A stretch of DNA of 64,000 nt from contig NC_087447.1 of NCBI RefSeq assembly GCF_036321535.1, forward strand, positions 44,394,001-44,458,000, written 5' to 3'. Below are positions 38,005 to 52,166 of the stretch, one piece after another; the first letter of the stretch is position 1; each line of letters opens with the position of its first letter. The notes beneath the pieces were generated by a model. The model ran no database searches, was not told the origin of the DNA, and was given only the letters and a program-made list of their open reading frames with translations. The DNA is from Camelus dromedarius (taxonomy: Eukaryota). The position numbers were made by a program, and so were the translations under genes.

Positions 38005-38518
38005 TTGTTAGTTTCATACAGCTGCTGTAACAAATTGCCACAGACTTGGTGTCTTAAAACAACAGATTAATTATCTTACAGTTCTGGAGGTGTAGAGTCC
38101 AATATTGGGTCTTATGGATCTAAACATAAATTATTGGCAGAGCCACATTTCTTTTGGAGGCTCTAAGGGAAAGTCCATTTTCTTGCCTTTTCCAGTTTCT
38201 AGGGGCTGCCCTCCTTTTTAGGTTCATAACCCTCTTCCATCCTCAAAGCCAGCAGTGGTTAGTCAAGTTATTCTCATACTACATCATGCTACCTCTGACC
38301 CTCATGCTCCCCTCTTATGACTCTTCTGATTACATTGGGCCTAACTGGATAATCCAGTATAACATCCTCATCTCAAGATCTTTAATTTAATCCTATCTGC
38401 AAAGTTTTTTTATTTATTTGTTTGTTTTGCCATGTAAGGCAACAGAGTCACAAGTTCTGAGGATGAGATCACAAATATATATTTAAGGGTGAAGGGTGTC
38501 TTTATTCATCAATACCAT
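38005..38518 (-). mobile_element. MaLR solo LTR (MLT1-like)
   Basis: tgttagttt...gctgctgtaacaaattgccacagacttggtgtcttaaaacaacaga...attacattgggcc. Confidence 0.7.
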
Positions 38519-39437
38519 ACTCAACCAGACAGCCAGAAAGAAAGAATTCTTGGTGAATCAGAAGGCTATAAAAGATGTGGCTAGTTATTTTTCACTTTTT
38601 AAAAATGGAAAATAACAATTATACTACAAAAAAATACAGATTGCACATATGCAGCTCACTGAGTTTTCACAAAACAAACACACCAGGGTAACCACTACAG
38701 AGGACAAGTTATAGAACATCACCAACCTCCCAGAATCCCTCACCACCACAACATACCCTCTTCTAATTACTGTAACTCTCTACTCCAGAGGTTCAACACC
38801 ATAGATTAGTTCTGTTTTTGAACAGGCAAACTGAATGATTCAGTTTGTTGCTTGTGTCTGGCTTCCTTCACTCAATACTGTTCATGAGATTCATCTCTGT
38901 TACTAAATGAAGCTGTGGCTAGTTCATTTTCCTTATTGTATAATATTCCATTGTATGACTATATTTCAATTTATTTATTCACTGTACAACTGAAAGACAT
39001 TTGGGTTTTTCCAGCTTGGTCATATTTTAAATACTGCTGTAATAAGCATGCTTGTACATGTGTTTTGTTGCTTTTATACATATATTTCCATTAGCTTTTT
39101 TTACCAGGAGAATTTCTGGGTTATAATATATCTATATATCTATGTATCTCTTCAATTTCAATAGAGAATACCAGCTAATTTTTTAAGTGGCAGTATCAGT
39201 TTAGACCCTTACTAGCAATATATGACAGTTCCAGTTGCTTCTCATATTCACCAACTTTTACAATTAATAGTCTTTTTATTTTAGCCATTCTGGAGTATGT
39301 AGTATTGTCTCAATATTGTTTGCACTTCCCTGATGACTAAGAACATCATGTATCTTTTCATGTTTTATGACTACTTGGATATTCTCTTTTACAAAGTACC
39401 TGCTCAAGCCTTTCATCCATATTTATTTTGTGTTGAC

Positions 39438-42400
39438 TTTTTTTTTACATTCTTTTTTAAAGTTATTTTTACATAGACGTATAACCAGTTTACAATGTTG
39501 TGCCAATTACTGGTGTATAGACTAATGTTTCAGTCATACATATACTCCTTTTCATATACTTTTTTTTTAAACTGTTTATTATGCAAAAAGTTAACTTTTA
39601 TAAAAAGTTTAATATTCATTGCGTGGTTACAGAAAGTTACCTTCCTGCAAAAAAGGTACAAAAGCTAAATACTCTATTATAGAGTTCATAATCAGGGCAA
39701 CAGAGCCTTTCTCCAAGGAGACCAGAAGACCAGCTCTACCGCTGCCTTGGCAGAGTTTGGAGAGCAGCCACCCTCCTCAACACACACACCTCCATATTCT
39801 GAAAGACAGTCTTTAAAACTTGAGGGGGGGTGGGGGGGGTGGGGGGGGGCTGGGGGAGGTTGCCCAGCTGGTGCCCAGAGCTAGCTCTGGCTCTTTAGGC
39901 CACCCAAGTTCACAGTCCTTCGCTCCCGGGCGCAAGTCCAGCCTCGAGGCAGGGGTTTGGGGAAGTCAAGTGGGCAGGGCGAGGTTGGGGCCCATCCATG
40001 CCCTCGGGCTTCCGGTCGCAGAGGGTCCCGGGGTCCCAGGCGGAACGGGCGCCAGCACCTGTGTTCTGGAGGCGCCAGGACGGCCAGGTCAGTGGCAGAA
40101 GCTCCTTTGGTCGCTGGAGATCACAAGTTCCGGAGCGAGGTCGGCTGTCTGGATGGGAAGATGCGGGCCGTCTGGGGGTCCAGGAGCCGGCTCCGCCAGG
40201 ACCACCTGCAGGTCGAGGATGTAGTCGATGACGCGCTGCAGGATTTCCACCTGGCTAAGCTGAGTGCCTCGCGGGACCCCCGGTACCAGTTCGCGCAGAA
40301 GCGAGTAGCAGTGGTTCATGTCGTCCAGCAGGCTCAGCGGCTCCTCGACTCCCGGGCCCTTGCCGCGGCCCCGCGCGATGGCCAGGCTGCGTTCCGACAG
40401 GCAGCACACCGCCTCATAGCAGCCACGGACCGGACTTAGCGCCTTCATGTTGAAGAATGAGGTTGGAAATGCGGAAAGGAAGAGTTAAGGTAAGGAACCC
40501 CTTGAGCAGCTTGCAATCTCCTTTTCATATACTTTTTCATTATATATTACTACAAGATATTAAATACAGTTACCTGTGCTACACAGCAAAAACTTGTTTC
40601 AAACTCTCAATTTATCCCTTCCCATGCCCTTTCCACTGGATAACCATAAGTTTGTTTTCTATGTCTGTGACTCTGTTTCTGTTTTGTAAATAAATTCACT
40701 TGTGTCTTTTTTTCAGATTCCACATATAAGCAATCTCATACGGTATTTTTTCTTTGTCTTTCTGGCTTATTTCATTCAGAATGACAATCTCCAGGTCCAT
40801 CCACATTGTTGCAAATGACATTATTTCATTCTTTTTTTATCACTGAGTAGTATTCCACTGTAGAAATATGCCACAACTTCTTTATCCAGGAATCTGTTGA
40901 TGGACATTTAGGTCGTTTCCCTGTCTTGACTATTGTAAATAGTGTTTCTATGAACATTAGGGTGCATGTATCTCTCCAAATTAGACTTCCCTCCCAATAT
41001 ATGCCCAGGAGTGGCACAGCTGGATCATATGGTAAGTCTGTTTTCAGCTTTTTGAGGAATCTCCACACTGTTTTCCATAATGGCTGCACCAAACTACATT
41101 CTCACCAACAGGGTAGGAGGGTTCCCTTTTCTCCACACCCTCCCTTTCTCCACACATTTATCATTGTGGACCTTTGAATGATGTCCATTCTGACTGCTAT
41201 GTGGTGACAACTTAATGTAGTTTTGATTTGCATTTCTCTGATAATTAGTGATATTGAGAATTTTTTCATGTACCTATTGGCCATTTGTATATCTTCACTG
41301 GAGAATTGTTTGTTTAGGTCTTCTGCCCGTTTTTGGATTGGATTGTTGCTTTTTTAATTATTCAGTTGTATGAGCTGTTTATATATTTTGGAAATTAAAC
41401 CTTTGTCAGTCTCACCATCTACAAATACTTTCTCCCATTCCATAGACTGTCTTTTTGTTTTGCTTAGAGTCTCCTTTGTCCTGCAAAAGCTTCTAAGTGT
41501 AATTAGGTCCCATTTGTTTATTTTTGCTTTTATTTCTATTGCCTGGGTACACTGTCCTAGGAGAACATTGCTAAGATTTATGTCAGATTTATGTTCTTCT
41601 AGTAGGTTTATAGTGTCTTGTCTTATATTTAAGTCTTTAAGCCATTTTGAGTTTATTTCTGCATAGGGTATGAGGGAGTGTTCTGACTTCATTGATTTAC
41701 ATGCAGCTGTCCAGTTTTCCCAACACCACTTGCTGAAGAGAGTGTCTTTTCTCCAATGTATATTCTTGCCTCCTTTGTCAAAGATTAATTGACCATAAGT
41801 CTCTGGGTTTATTTCTGGGCTCCCTATTCAGTTCCATTGATCCATATGTCTGTTTTTGTGCCAATACCACTCTGTTTTGATTACTATAGCTCTGTAGTAC
41901 TGTCTGAAGTCTGAGAAGGTTGTTCCTCTAGCTTCATTCATTTTCTTTAGTATTGCTTTGACAATTCTGGGTCTTTTGTGATTCCATATAAATTTGAGGA
42001 TTATTTGTTCTAGTTCTCTGAAAAATGTCCTGGGTAATTTGATAGGGATCACATTAAATCTGTAGATTGCTTTGGGTAGTATGGCCATTTTAACAATATT
42101 AATTCTTCCAATCCAAGAGCATGGAATATCTTTACATTTCTTTAAATCAACTTTAATTTCCCTAATCAATGTTTTGTAGTTATCCACATACAAGTCTTTC
42201 ATTTACCTCCAGGGTCAGATTTATTCCTAGGTATTTTATTACTTTGGGTGCCATTTTAAAAGGGATTGTTTCTTCACTTTCCTTTTCTGATATTTCATTG
42301 TTAGTGTAAAGAAATGCAACTGATTTCTATATGTTAATCTTGTATCTTGCTACTTTGCCAGGTACTTTTATCAAGTCTAGTAGTTTTTGTGAGGAGTCTT

Positions 42401-43533
42401 TAGGGTTTTCTATATATAGGATCATATCATCCACATATAATGACAATTTTACCTCTTCCCACCCAGTTTGGATCCTTTTATTTCTTTTATTTATCTGATT
42501 GCTATGGCTAGGACTCCCAATAGTATGTTCAATAGAAGTGGTGAGAGTGAGCATCCTTGCCTTGCTCCAGATTTTAGCAGGAAGGCTTTCAAATTTTCAC
42601 CATTGAGTATTATGTTGACTGTGGGTTTGTCATAAATAACTGTTATTACATTGAGGTATGTTCCCTCTATACCCACTTTGGTAAGAGTTTTGATCATAAA
42701 TGGGTGTTGAATTTTATCAAATGTTTTTTCTGCATCTATTGATGTGATCATGTGATTTTTGTCCTTTCTTTTGCTGATATGGCATATCACATTGATTGAT
42801 TTGCATATGCTGAACCATCCTTGTGTCCTTGGGGTAAAGTCAAATTGATCATAGTGTATGACATTTTTTTATGTGTTGCTGGATTCTATTTGCAAATATT
42901 TTGTTCAGGACTTTTGCATCTATGTTCATCAAGGATACTGGCCTGTAATTTTCCTTTTTTGGTAGTGTCTTTGCCTGGTTTTGGTATCAGGGTGATGGTG
43001 GCTTCACAGAATGAGTCTGGGAGTATTCCCTCCTCTTCAGTCTTTTAGAAGAGTTTGAGAAGGAGATCAGTGTGAGTTTTTCTTTGTATGTTTGGTAGAC
43101 TTCACCAGTGAAGCCATCTGGTCCTGGACTTTGGTTTGCAGGGAGTTTCTTTATTGCAGATTTTATTTCACTTCTAGTGATTGGTCTTTTCAAATTATCT
43201 AATTCTTCTTGATTCAGTCTTGGTGGACTGTATGTTCTAGACTCTTGACCATTTATTCTAGGTTGTCCAATTTGTTGACTGTTGTTCAGAGTGTCCTCTT
43301 ATGGTTTTTTGTATTTCAGTAGTGATGGTTGTAATTTTTCCATTTTCATTTCTATTTTGTTTATTTGTGTCCTCTCTCTTTTCATCCTGGTGAGCCTGGC
43401 CACAGGTTTGTCAATTTTGTTTACTCTTTCAAAAAACCAGCTCTTGGTTTAAATGATTTTTTTTCCAGTGTTTCCCTTTATTTATTTCTTCCCTGATCTT
43501 TATCATTTATTTCCTTCTGCTAACCTTAGGTTG
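39438..43533 (-). mobile_element. Relatively young 5'-truncated LINE-1 hosting the ID3 retrocopy in its 3' UTR
   Basis: Many ORF2 fragments ([51 protein letters not shown]); it interrupts an older L1 3' UTR at about 38600-39437. Confidence 0.9.
39560..40517 (-). pseudogene. ID3: Processed retrocopy of ID3 mRNA with an intact 119-aa ORF (40448-40089)
   Basis: [31 protein letters not shown]...HLH...RSFCH. No intron at the PIQ|TA exon junction. 3' UTR, AATAAA (39580-39575) and A9 tail (39568-39560). TSD CTCCTTTTCATATAC at 39545-39559 and 40518-40532. Confidence 0.93.
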
Positions 43534-44097
43534 GTGCAGGGATTTTTAGTTTGTGTATTCCTAGATGAATAATGCCCACTGTTAAAATGAGATGAGGTTC
43601 AGAAGAGATTAACAGAAAAAGAAAAGAAGGTATTCAGCCACTCAGAAGTGAAGACCTTAAAAGACTGTACTGATTATTGCTGTATAAGACATGACTTACA
43701 GGAGAACTGAAACCATATCCAAGGAAAGTAATCTTTTAAATAGATGGTAGGAATGAAAAATATGACCACAAAATTCATTGAAAGCAACAATAAGTAAAAC
43801 ACTTCAGCAAAGTAAAAAATGAAATGTAAGTACAGTAGTCAAATCTTGATCAAAAGCTAATGAAAGAACTTTATAATGAAAGAACTTTAAGCTTTTTCTT
43901 ATTACTGATATTAATGAAAATCCTGAGAGAGCACATGTTGTAAAAGATTATTTCCCAGCATAATTTTTCTAAATATTAAATATTCAATTTCTAAAAGAGA
44001 TTTAAACAGCATTTTTCCCTCTGGGATTAATATACCATAATAAGATTTATGATGGGTAAAATAAATGGATTTCTTTTTCAAAATGGGAGAATGGTCA

Positions 44098-47000
44098 GAA
44101 GATCAAGATGGCAGAGTAGGAAGACCCTTAAGTCATCTCTTCCCACAGACAAACAGAAGTTACAACTATTTACAGAGGAATGATTTGTGACAATGACCTA
44201 AATATTAGCAGAAAGATTTTCCACAACTAAAGAAATAAAGGAGCCACAATAAGACAGGTAGGTAAGGCAGAGACATGGTATAGCCAGGACCCACACTCCC
44301 AGGTCATCAATCCACAAATGGGAGAGAAATCATAACTATAGAGGTCATCCCCAAGGAGTGAGGGGTCTGAGCCACACATCAAGCCACCCAGCCTGGGGTT
44401 CCTGCACTGCGAAGACAAACCCCCAGAAAGTCAAGCTGTAAAAACCAGCAGGGATGTGGGAAAGACAGATGGCTATAGAAAAACAGAGACTCTGTTCTTA
44501 AAGAATATGTGCAAAATTTCACATGTTCCAAGTTCTAGCATAGAGGCAGTAGTTTAAAAGGTGCTTATGTAAGACACACTTGATTTTGCAGAGCTTCCCA
44601 GAAAGGCAGGAGGCAGTTGGGATGCCTCTGGAGACTGAGGTGCTGGTGGCAGCAATTTGGGGGATCTTTTTCCACTGCATTGACATCAGTGCTGGCAAGT
44701 TCCACTTTGGAATCCTCCCTCTAGCCTATTAGCACTATCCAGAGCACCAGCAGGCAACAGCAGCCATGCAGGGAGTCAGGCAGGCCCACTAATGAAGCCG
44801 TTAAACAAAATGAAAATAAGCAACATTCCCAATAAAGAGTTCAAAATAATGATCGTAAAGATGCTCAACAATCTGAAGAAAAGAACAGATCAACACAGTG
44901 AGAATGTCAACAAAAGTTAGGGGGGGAAGGAAACAATGAGAAGAAAAGAACACAAAACTAAAATAAAAATACACTAAAGGGAATCAAAGGTAGATCAGAT
45001 GATACAAAAGAATGGACCAGCAATCTGGAAGACACAGTAGTGGAAATCAGTGAAGCTGAACAGGAAAAAGGAAAAAAATGTTTAATAAAGATACTTTAAG
45101 AGACCTCTAGGACAACATCAAACATACTAATATTTGCATTATAGGGGTCAAAGAAGGATAATAAAGAGAAAGAAGTAGAGAACATAACTGAAAAAAATAA
45201 TAGCTGAAAACTTCCATATCCTGAGAAGGAAATAGACATCCAGGTCCAGGAAGCACAGAGAATCCCAAACAAGATTAACCCAAAGAAGCCCACACCAAGA
45301 CACATTACAATAAAAATAGCAAAAATTATACGTAGAGAGAGACTCTTAAAAGCAAGAGAAAATCAACTAGTTACACAAAAAATAACTCCCATTAGACTGT
45401 CAGCTGACTTTCAGCAGAAACTCTGCAGGACAGGAGAGAGTGGCATGATCTATTCAAAGTGGTGAAAGGAAAAAAACCTACAACTAAGAATACTCTACCC
45501 AGCTATTGGTACGAAAACAGACAAATGGATCAATGGAACAGAATAGGTAGCCCAGAAATGAACCCACAAACTTTTGGTCAATTAATCTTTGACAAAGGAG
45601 GCAAGAACGTACAATAGAATAAAGACAGTCTCTTCAGCAAATGGTGCTGGGAAAACTGGACAGTAGCATGTAGATCAATGAAGCTAGAATACTCCCTGAC
45701 ACCATACACAAAAGTAAACTCAAAATGGATTAAAGACTTAAACATAAGACAAAACACAATAAAACTCCTAGAAGAAAATATAGGCAAAACATTATCTCAC
45801 ATACATTTGAGCAGTATTCTCCTAGGGCAGTCTATCCAAGAAATAGAAATAAAAGCAAAAATAAACAAATGGGACCTAATTAAACTTAATGATAAATGGA
45901 TCAATAGAACAAGATGATGTAACACTTGTAAATATATATGCACCCAACACAGGAGTCTCTAAATACATAAGGCAAATTTTAACTGACATAAAGGGGAAAA
46001 TGACAGTAATACAATAATAGTAGGGGACTTTAAAACTCCACTTAAATCAATGGATAGATCATCCAGGTAAAAAGTCAATAAGGAAACATAGGCCTTAAAC
46101 AACACATTAAATAAGATTGTCTTAAGAAGTATATAAAGAACACTCCATTCAAATATAGCAGAATACACATTTTTTTCAAGTGCCCAAGAAACATTCTTGA
46201 GGATAGATCACATGCTATGCCACAAAAGAAGTCTCATCAAATTTAAGAAAACTGAAATTATATCAAACATCTTTTTCCAGCCATAACAGAACAATACTAC
46301 AAAATAACTACAAAAAAAAAAAAAAAAACTAGGAGAAATATAAACATGTTGTCTAAATAATATTTTACTAAACAACCAGCAGCTACTGAAGAAATCAGAA
46401 GAAATTTTTAAAATATCTTAAGACAATTGAAAGTGGAAACACAACATTCCAAACCTGAAATGTAGCAAAAGGGGTTTTAAGAGAGAGGTCTATAGCAAAA
46501 CAGGCCTACCTAAGGAAATAAGAAAAATCTCAAATAAACAATCTAAACTTACACCTACAGGAACTAGAAAAAGAAGTACAAATAAAACTCAAAGTATGTA
46601 GAAGGAAAAAAATCATAACCTCAGAGTAGAAATAAATGAAATACAAACTAAAAAACAACAGAAAAGATCAATGAAACTAAGGGCTGGGTTTTTTTGAAAA
46701 GATAAAATTGATCATCTCTAGCCAAACTCATCAAGAAAAAAAAAAAGAAAGCCCAAATAAATAAAATCAGTAATGAAGGAAGTTATAATAACATCACAGA
46801 TATAAAAAGTATCATAAGAGAAGACTACAAACAATTATATGCTAAAAATTTGGATAACATAGGAAAATGGATAAATTCCTAGAAATGTAAAATCTTCCAA
46901 GACTGAATCAGAAAGAAATAGAAAATATAAAGAGACCAGTTACTAGATCTGAAATTAAATCAGTAATCAAAAACACCCAACAAACAAAATTCCAGGACCA

Positions 47001-49923
47001 CACAGGTGAATTCCACCAAACGTTTAAAGAAAATTCAACACCTCTTCTTCTCAAGTTACTCCAAAGAACTGAAGGAATGCTCCCTAAATCATTCTATAAA
47101 GTCAGCATCACACTGATACCAAAACCAATGACACCACAAAAAAGGAAAATTACAGGCCAGTATCAGTGATGAACATAAATGAAAAAAAAAAAAACCCTCA
47201 AAAAATATTAGCAAACTAAACCCAACAATGCATTGAAAGGATCATGCACGACAATCAAGTGAAATTTATACCAGGAATGCAAGGATGGTTGAATATCCAC
47301 AAATCAGTCAATGGGATACACCAATTAACAAAGAATCAGTATCATAGGATCATCTCAATAGATACAAAAAACACTTTTAACAATACTTAATGTCCACTTA
47401 TTTAAAAAAAAACAAATTCCACCAAGTGGGCACAGAGGAACATAACTCGGTATAATAAACGCTATATATGACAAATCCACAGTCAACATCATTCTCAGTG
47501 GTGAAAAGCTGAAAGTGTTTCCTCTGAGATCAGGAACAAGACAAAGATGCTCACTCTCACCACTTTTATTCAACATAGTATTGAAACTTCAGACCACAGC
47601 AATCAGACAAGAAAAAGAAATAAAAGGCATCCAAGTAGGAAAGGAAGACATGAAACTGTCATTGTATGCTAACTGCATTCCACTATACACATACAATGCT
47701 AAAGACTCCAGCAACAGACTGTTTGAACTAATAAATAAATAAGTTGCAATATTAATATACAGAAATCTGCTGCACTTCTATACACTAATAAGGAACTATC
47801 ACAAAGAGAAATTAAGAACACAATCCCCTTTACAACTGAATCATAAGAATAACGTACTAGGAATAATTCTAACCAAAGAGATAAAAGACCTGTACTCTGA
47901 AAACTATAAAACACCGGTAAAAGAAATTGAAGATAACACAAACAAATAGAAAGACATATCAATCACATGGGTTGGAAGAATTAATATTGTTAAAATGTCC
48001 ATACTAAGCAAGGCAATCTACAGATTCAATGCAATCCCTATTAAAATACTAATGGTATATTTCACAGGACCAGAACAAATAATCCCAAAATGTGTATGGA
48101 ACCACAAAAGACCCAAAAAAGCCAAAACAATCTTAAGAAAGAAGAACAAAGCTAGAGATATCATCCTCCCTGATTTCAAACTATACTATGAAGCTACAGT
48201 GATCAAAACGGTATGGTATTGGCACAAAAACACACATAGATCAATGGAACAGAATACAGCTGACCTTTGAACAATGTGGGTTTGAACCGTTTGGGTCTAC
48301 TTATGTGCATATTTTTTCAATTATAAATAGTACAGTACTATGCAATCTTGTATTGGTTAAATCTATGGATGTGGAACTACAGATACAGAGGCATCAAGTT
48401 TCAGAGGGCTGATTATAATTTATAAACAAACTTTTGACTGTGTGGAGGGTCAGTGCCCCTCAATCCCACATTGGTCAGGCATCAACTGTGGTCAGCCCAA
48501 AAAATAACCCATGCTGATGTAGTCCATTAATCTATAACAAAGGAAGCAAGAATACACAATAAAAAAAGAAAGTCCTTTCAATAAACAGTGTTGGGAAAAC
48601 TGGACAGCTACATACAAAAGAATGAATCTAGATCTGTTTCTTGTAGTATATACAAAAATAAACTCAAAATAGATTTAAGACTTAAATGTAAGAAATGAAA
48701 CTTCTAGAAGGAAACACAGGTAGTATGCTCTTAGCAATATATTTTTTTGGATCTGTCTCTCCAGGAAAAGGGAGACAAAAGCAAAAATAAATAAATGGGA
48801 CCACATCAAAATAAAGCTTTTGCACAGTGAAAGAAGCCATCAACAATCAAAAAGGCAGCCTATTAGGTAGGAGAAGATATTTGCATATAACATATCTGAT
48901 AAGGAGTTAATATCCAAAATATATGAAGAACTCATACCACTCAATATTAAAAAACCCAATTTAAAAATTGGCAGAGGACTTCAATAGGTATTTTTCCAAA
49001 GAGTACATGTAGACATCACTAATCATCAGGGAAATAAAAATCAAAGCCATAATGAGATATCACCTCACACCTGCTGGAATAGCTATCACCAAAAAAACAA
49101 CAAATAACAAGTATCAGTAAGGAAACGGAGAAAAAAGAACGCTTGTGTACTGTTGGTGAAACTGTAAACTGGTACAGCCACAGTATGGACTCAAAAAATT
49201 TAAAATAAAACTACCGTACAATCCAGCAATTTTACTTCTGGTTATTTATCAAAGAAAACAAAAACAAAAAATTTTAAATATATATACATCTCTATATTCA
49301 CTGCAGCATTATTTATAACAGCCAAGATATGGAAGCAATCTAAATGACAGATGAATGTATAAAGAAAATGTGATATTTATATATATAATGGAATATTAGC
49401 CATAAAAATGAATGAAACCTTGCCATTGCAAAAATAGGGATGAATCTAGAGGGTATTATGCTAAGTGAAGTAAGTTAGACAAAGAAAAACAAGTATCATA
49501 TGAGCTCACTTACATGCGGAACCTAAAAAAAAAACTATGAAACAAAACAAAACCACTCATAGATACAGAGAACAAATGGCTGGTTGCCAGACAGGAGGGG
49601 GTGGGGGATGTAAAAATAGGTAAAAGGAATTAAGAAGTATAAACTTCCAGTTAGAAAGTAAATAAGTAACAGGGAAGTATTATACAGCATAAACAGTATC
49701 GTCAATAGTACTATAACAATATTGTCAATAGTACATAACTTTGTATGTGAACATATGATTACTAGAATTATCATGGTGATCACTTCATAATGTTTTTAAA
49801 TGTCAAATCACTATGCTGTATATCTAAAATTAACATAATATTGCATATCAGCTATATTTCAATAAAAAATAAATAAAACTCTAATTCAAAAATAAATAAA
49901 TAGAGAAATAGATAAATTTTTTT
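44098..49923 (+). mobile_element. Near full-length decayed LINE-1 with internal insertions
   Basis: 5' end gatcaagatggcagagtagg, ORF1 and ORF2 remnants, 3' UTR and A-rich tail; degenerate TSD aaatgggagaatggtca (44081-44097) / aaatgagagaaaagtca (49924-49940). Confidence 0.88.
48257..48488. mobile_element. Tc1/mariner-Tigger MITE (MER8/Tigger2-like) inserted in the L1
   Basis: TA|cagctgacctttgaacaa ... ttggtcaggcatcaactg terminal inverted repeats. Confidence 0.7.
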
Positions 49924-50918
49924 AAATGAGAGAAAAGTCAATGTGAAAGTGATGTGGAGAAGAAGCAGCAATATGCTATTTCTACTACAGACATGTTCTT
50001 GCCAGATCAATTTTAGAAAAGAGACACATGGAAGTTCGGGACCTGGCCGAAACTACCTTAAAATTATATATACATGTGTATCTCCTGCAAAGTCACTGTA
50101 TATCATCAGGGGTGTGCCTACCTTATTTAAAATAGCTTTCCTAGAATATAAACTCTATGAATCCAGGACTTGGTATGGTTTTGTTCATTTCTTGTGTTAA
50201 GGAGAAAGGAGAGTTAGTTTGGTTACTGGTTCCCCAGGTCTTTCCTGTGCATCAACCCTCCTCTCCTCATATCTCTCCCTCCCCGCGTATCAATCCCACC
50301 ACACAGCTCCCCTCTCCAGCTTCCAGGAATTGCTCTCCACCCTTGCCCCTTCAAGCCTAAATGTGGTAATGGCACAAGTATTGCTAGCCCTGATGTCATT
50401 TGTTCATTTTTGTAAATCCAACCAACATCTTTCATAATTTGAATGTGCCAGACGTTTTCTGTCAAGATCTTGCAAATATTCAATAAATATTTGTTGAGGG
50501 AATACATGAATCCCCACCTCTTCCAAACCACCATCTTCTTACCTATGCTACCACAAGAGCTTCTTAACTGATTTCTCTGAATCTGCTCTTGCTCCTTCCA
50601 TCCATTTTCCACAAACTAAGCTAAAGAGATCTATTTAAAATGCAAATCTGATCTTGTCATTACCTAAAACATTACAGTGGCTTCCTACTGCATTTTAACG
50701 CAAAACCTAAAATTATTTAAATGAATCATATACCCATTCACAATCAGTCCTGTGCGTCATTCCAGACTCAACGCTCCCTACTTTCCATGCACTCTTTCTT
50801 CTCCACCACAGTGAATGCCTCCATCTCAGAAATGCCCCATGCTCTTTTTCCTCTGAGTCTTCAAATATGCCATTCCTTTCACTCAGAACACCCTTCCTCT
50901 ACTTTTTCAGCTAGATAG

Positions 50919-51429
50919 TGTGAATGAAAAATATTGCCAACATATCAGTAAACAAAGAATGCTGTGGCCATCAAGTCATCAGCCACTACTGCCACCTACC
51001 TCTCACAGTGAGCAGAGGGAACTCAAGATGCAGAGAAGCAGGCTGCCTGACCTCTGCAGCTACCCCCAACTGTGCACTTGAGGGAACTCAGGGTGCAGAA
51101 GAACAGGATACTTGCCCTAGATAGATACATGCATATCAAAGGAATGATTTCAATGAGCCCAGACCTTTGCACCTTCCCATATACAGAAAAGTGCTAAATT
51201 CCGTAACTTGAGATATTTGATTTTCTTTAATTAAGAGTAATATTTTTATGTTCTGACTACCTGGTCTTCATTGCAAAAAAACTCCTATATATCCTGGCTT
51301 CTCCCTTGCCTGAGTCCAACAGTCTCTTAGAGCAATCTGAGGCTATGTCCCAGGCTCGAATCTTCAGGAAGTCTGCCGAATTAAATGTAACTCTCATCTT
51401 CTAGGTTGTGCATTTTATTTCAGTTGACA
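50919..51429 (+). mobile_element. Solo ERV LTR inside an L2 fragment
   Basis: TG...CA termini, internal cctatatat TATA-like box and attaaa poly(A)-like signal. Confidence 0.55.
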
Positions 51430-52166
51430 CAGGCTCCTGGTATCTTTCAGGTCCCAGCTTATACAAACATCCTCCCTGACCTACCAAGCTAATTTGAATT
51501 TCTACTATTATAGATTACCACAAAAACCCATACTGTCCCTTTGTAAACATGTAAACACACTTCTTTGTGTTTGTTTGATGTTTAACTCCTCACCAGATTA
51601 TATACCTTATAAGGACATCTACTATCCTTGTAAGGTTAACCAGTGAGTCCCTAGAGCCTAGGCCAGTGCTTGGTACATAGTAAGTTTCAAGACATACTAA
51701 CTGAATAAGGAAAGAAACTGAGGGTCGGAATGGAAGTACTGACTTGATACTCATTTCAGAGCTACACTGGAATTCAAATGTTGTTCTTCTTTTTCCAAGA
51801 GTAGAAATCTCCTCACTTTTTTCACAGAGGCCCTCCTCAGCTTCCTCACCTGCAGAATAAATCAAGTGTTCTTAAGCTGAAGGCCACAGACACCCAAGGG
51901 ATCAATGAATAAAATTAAGGGGGTCCATGAACTTGGATGGGGGAAAAAATGCCTTTATTTTCACTGAACTATTACTGAAATGTAGCAATTTTTTTCAACT
52001 TGTATGTAGGCAGAAAACCCCAGTAGTATTAGCAGAAAATACAGGTATTTTCATATCACATTACAAGTGTTGTAAACACCTCAAAATATCATGTATATTC
52101 ATCACTACTTTGAAAATTATGATACTTATTAAACCTACCACTAGATTTTCTTATTTAATGTATTAG

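Noticed and set aside
39820..40439. + strand ORFs of 134, 160 and 77 aa
   Set aside because: Antisense shadows of the GC-rich ID3 retrocopy.
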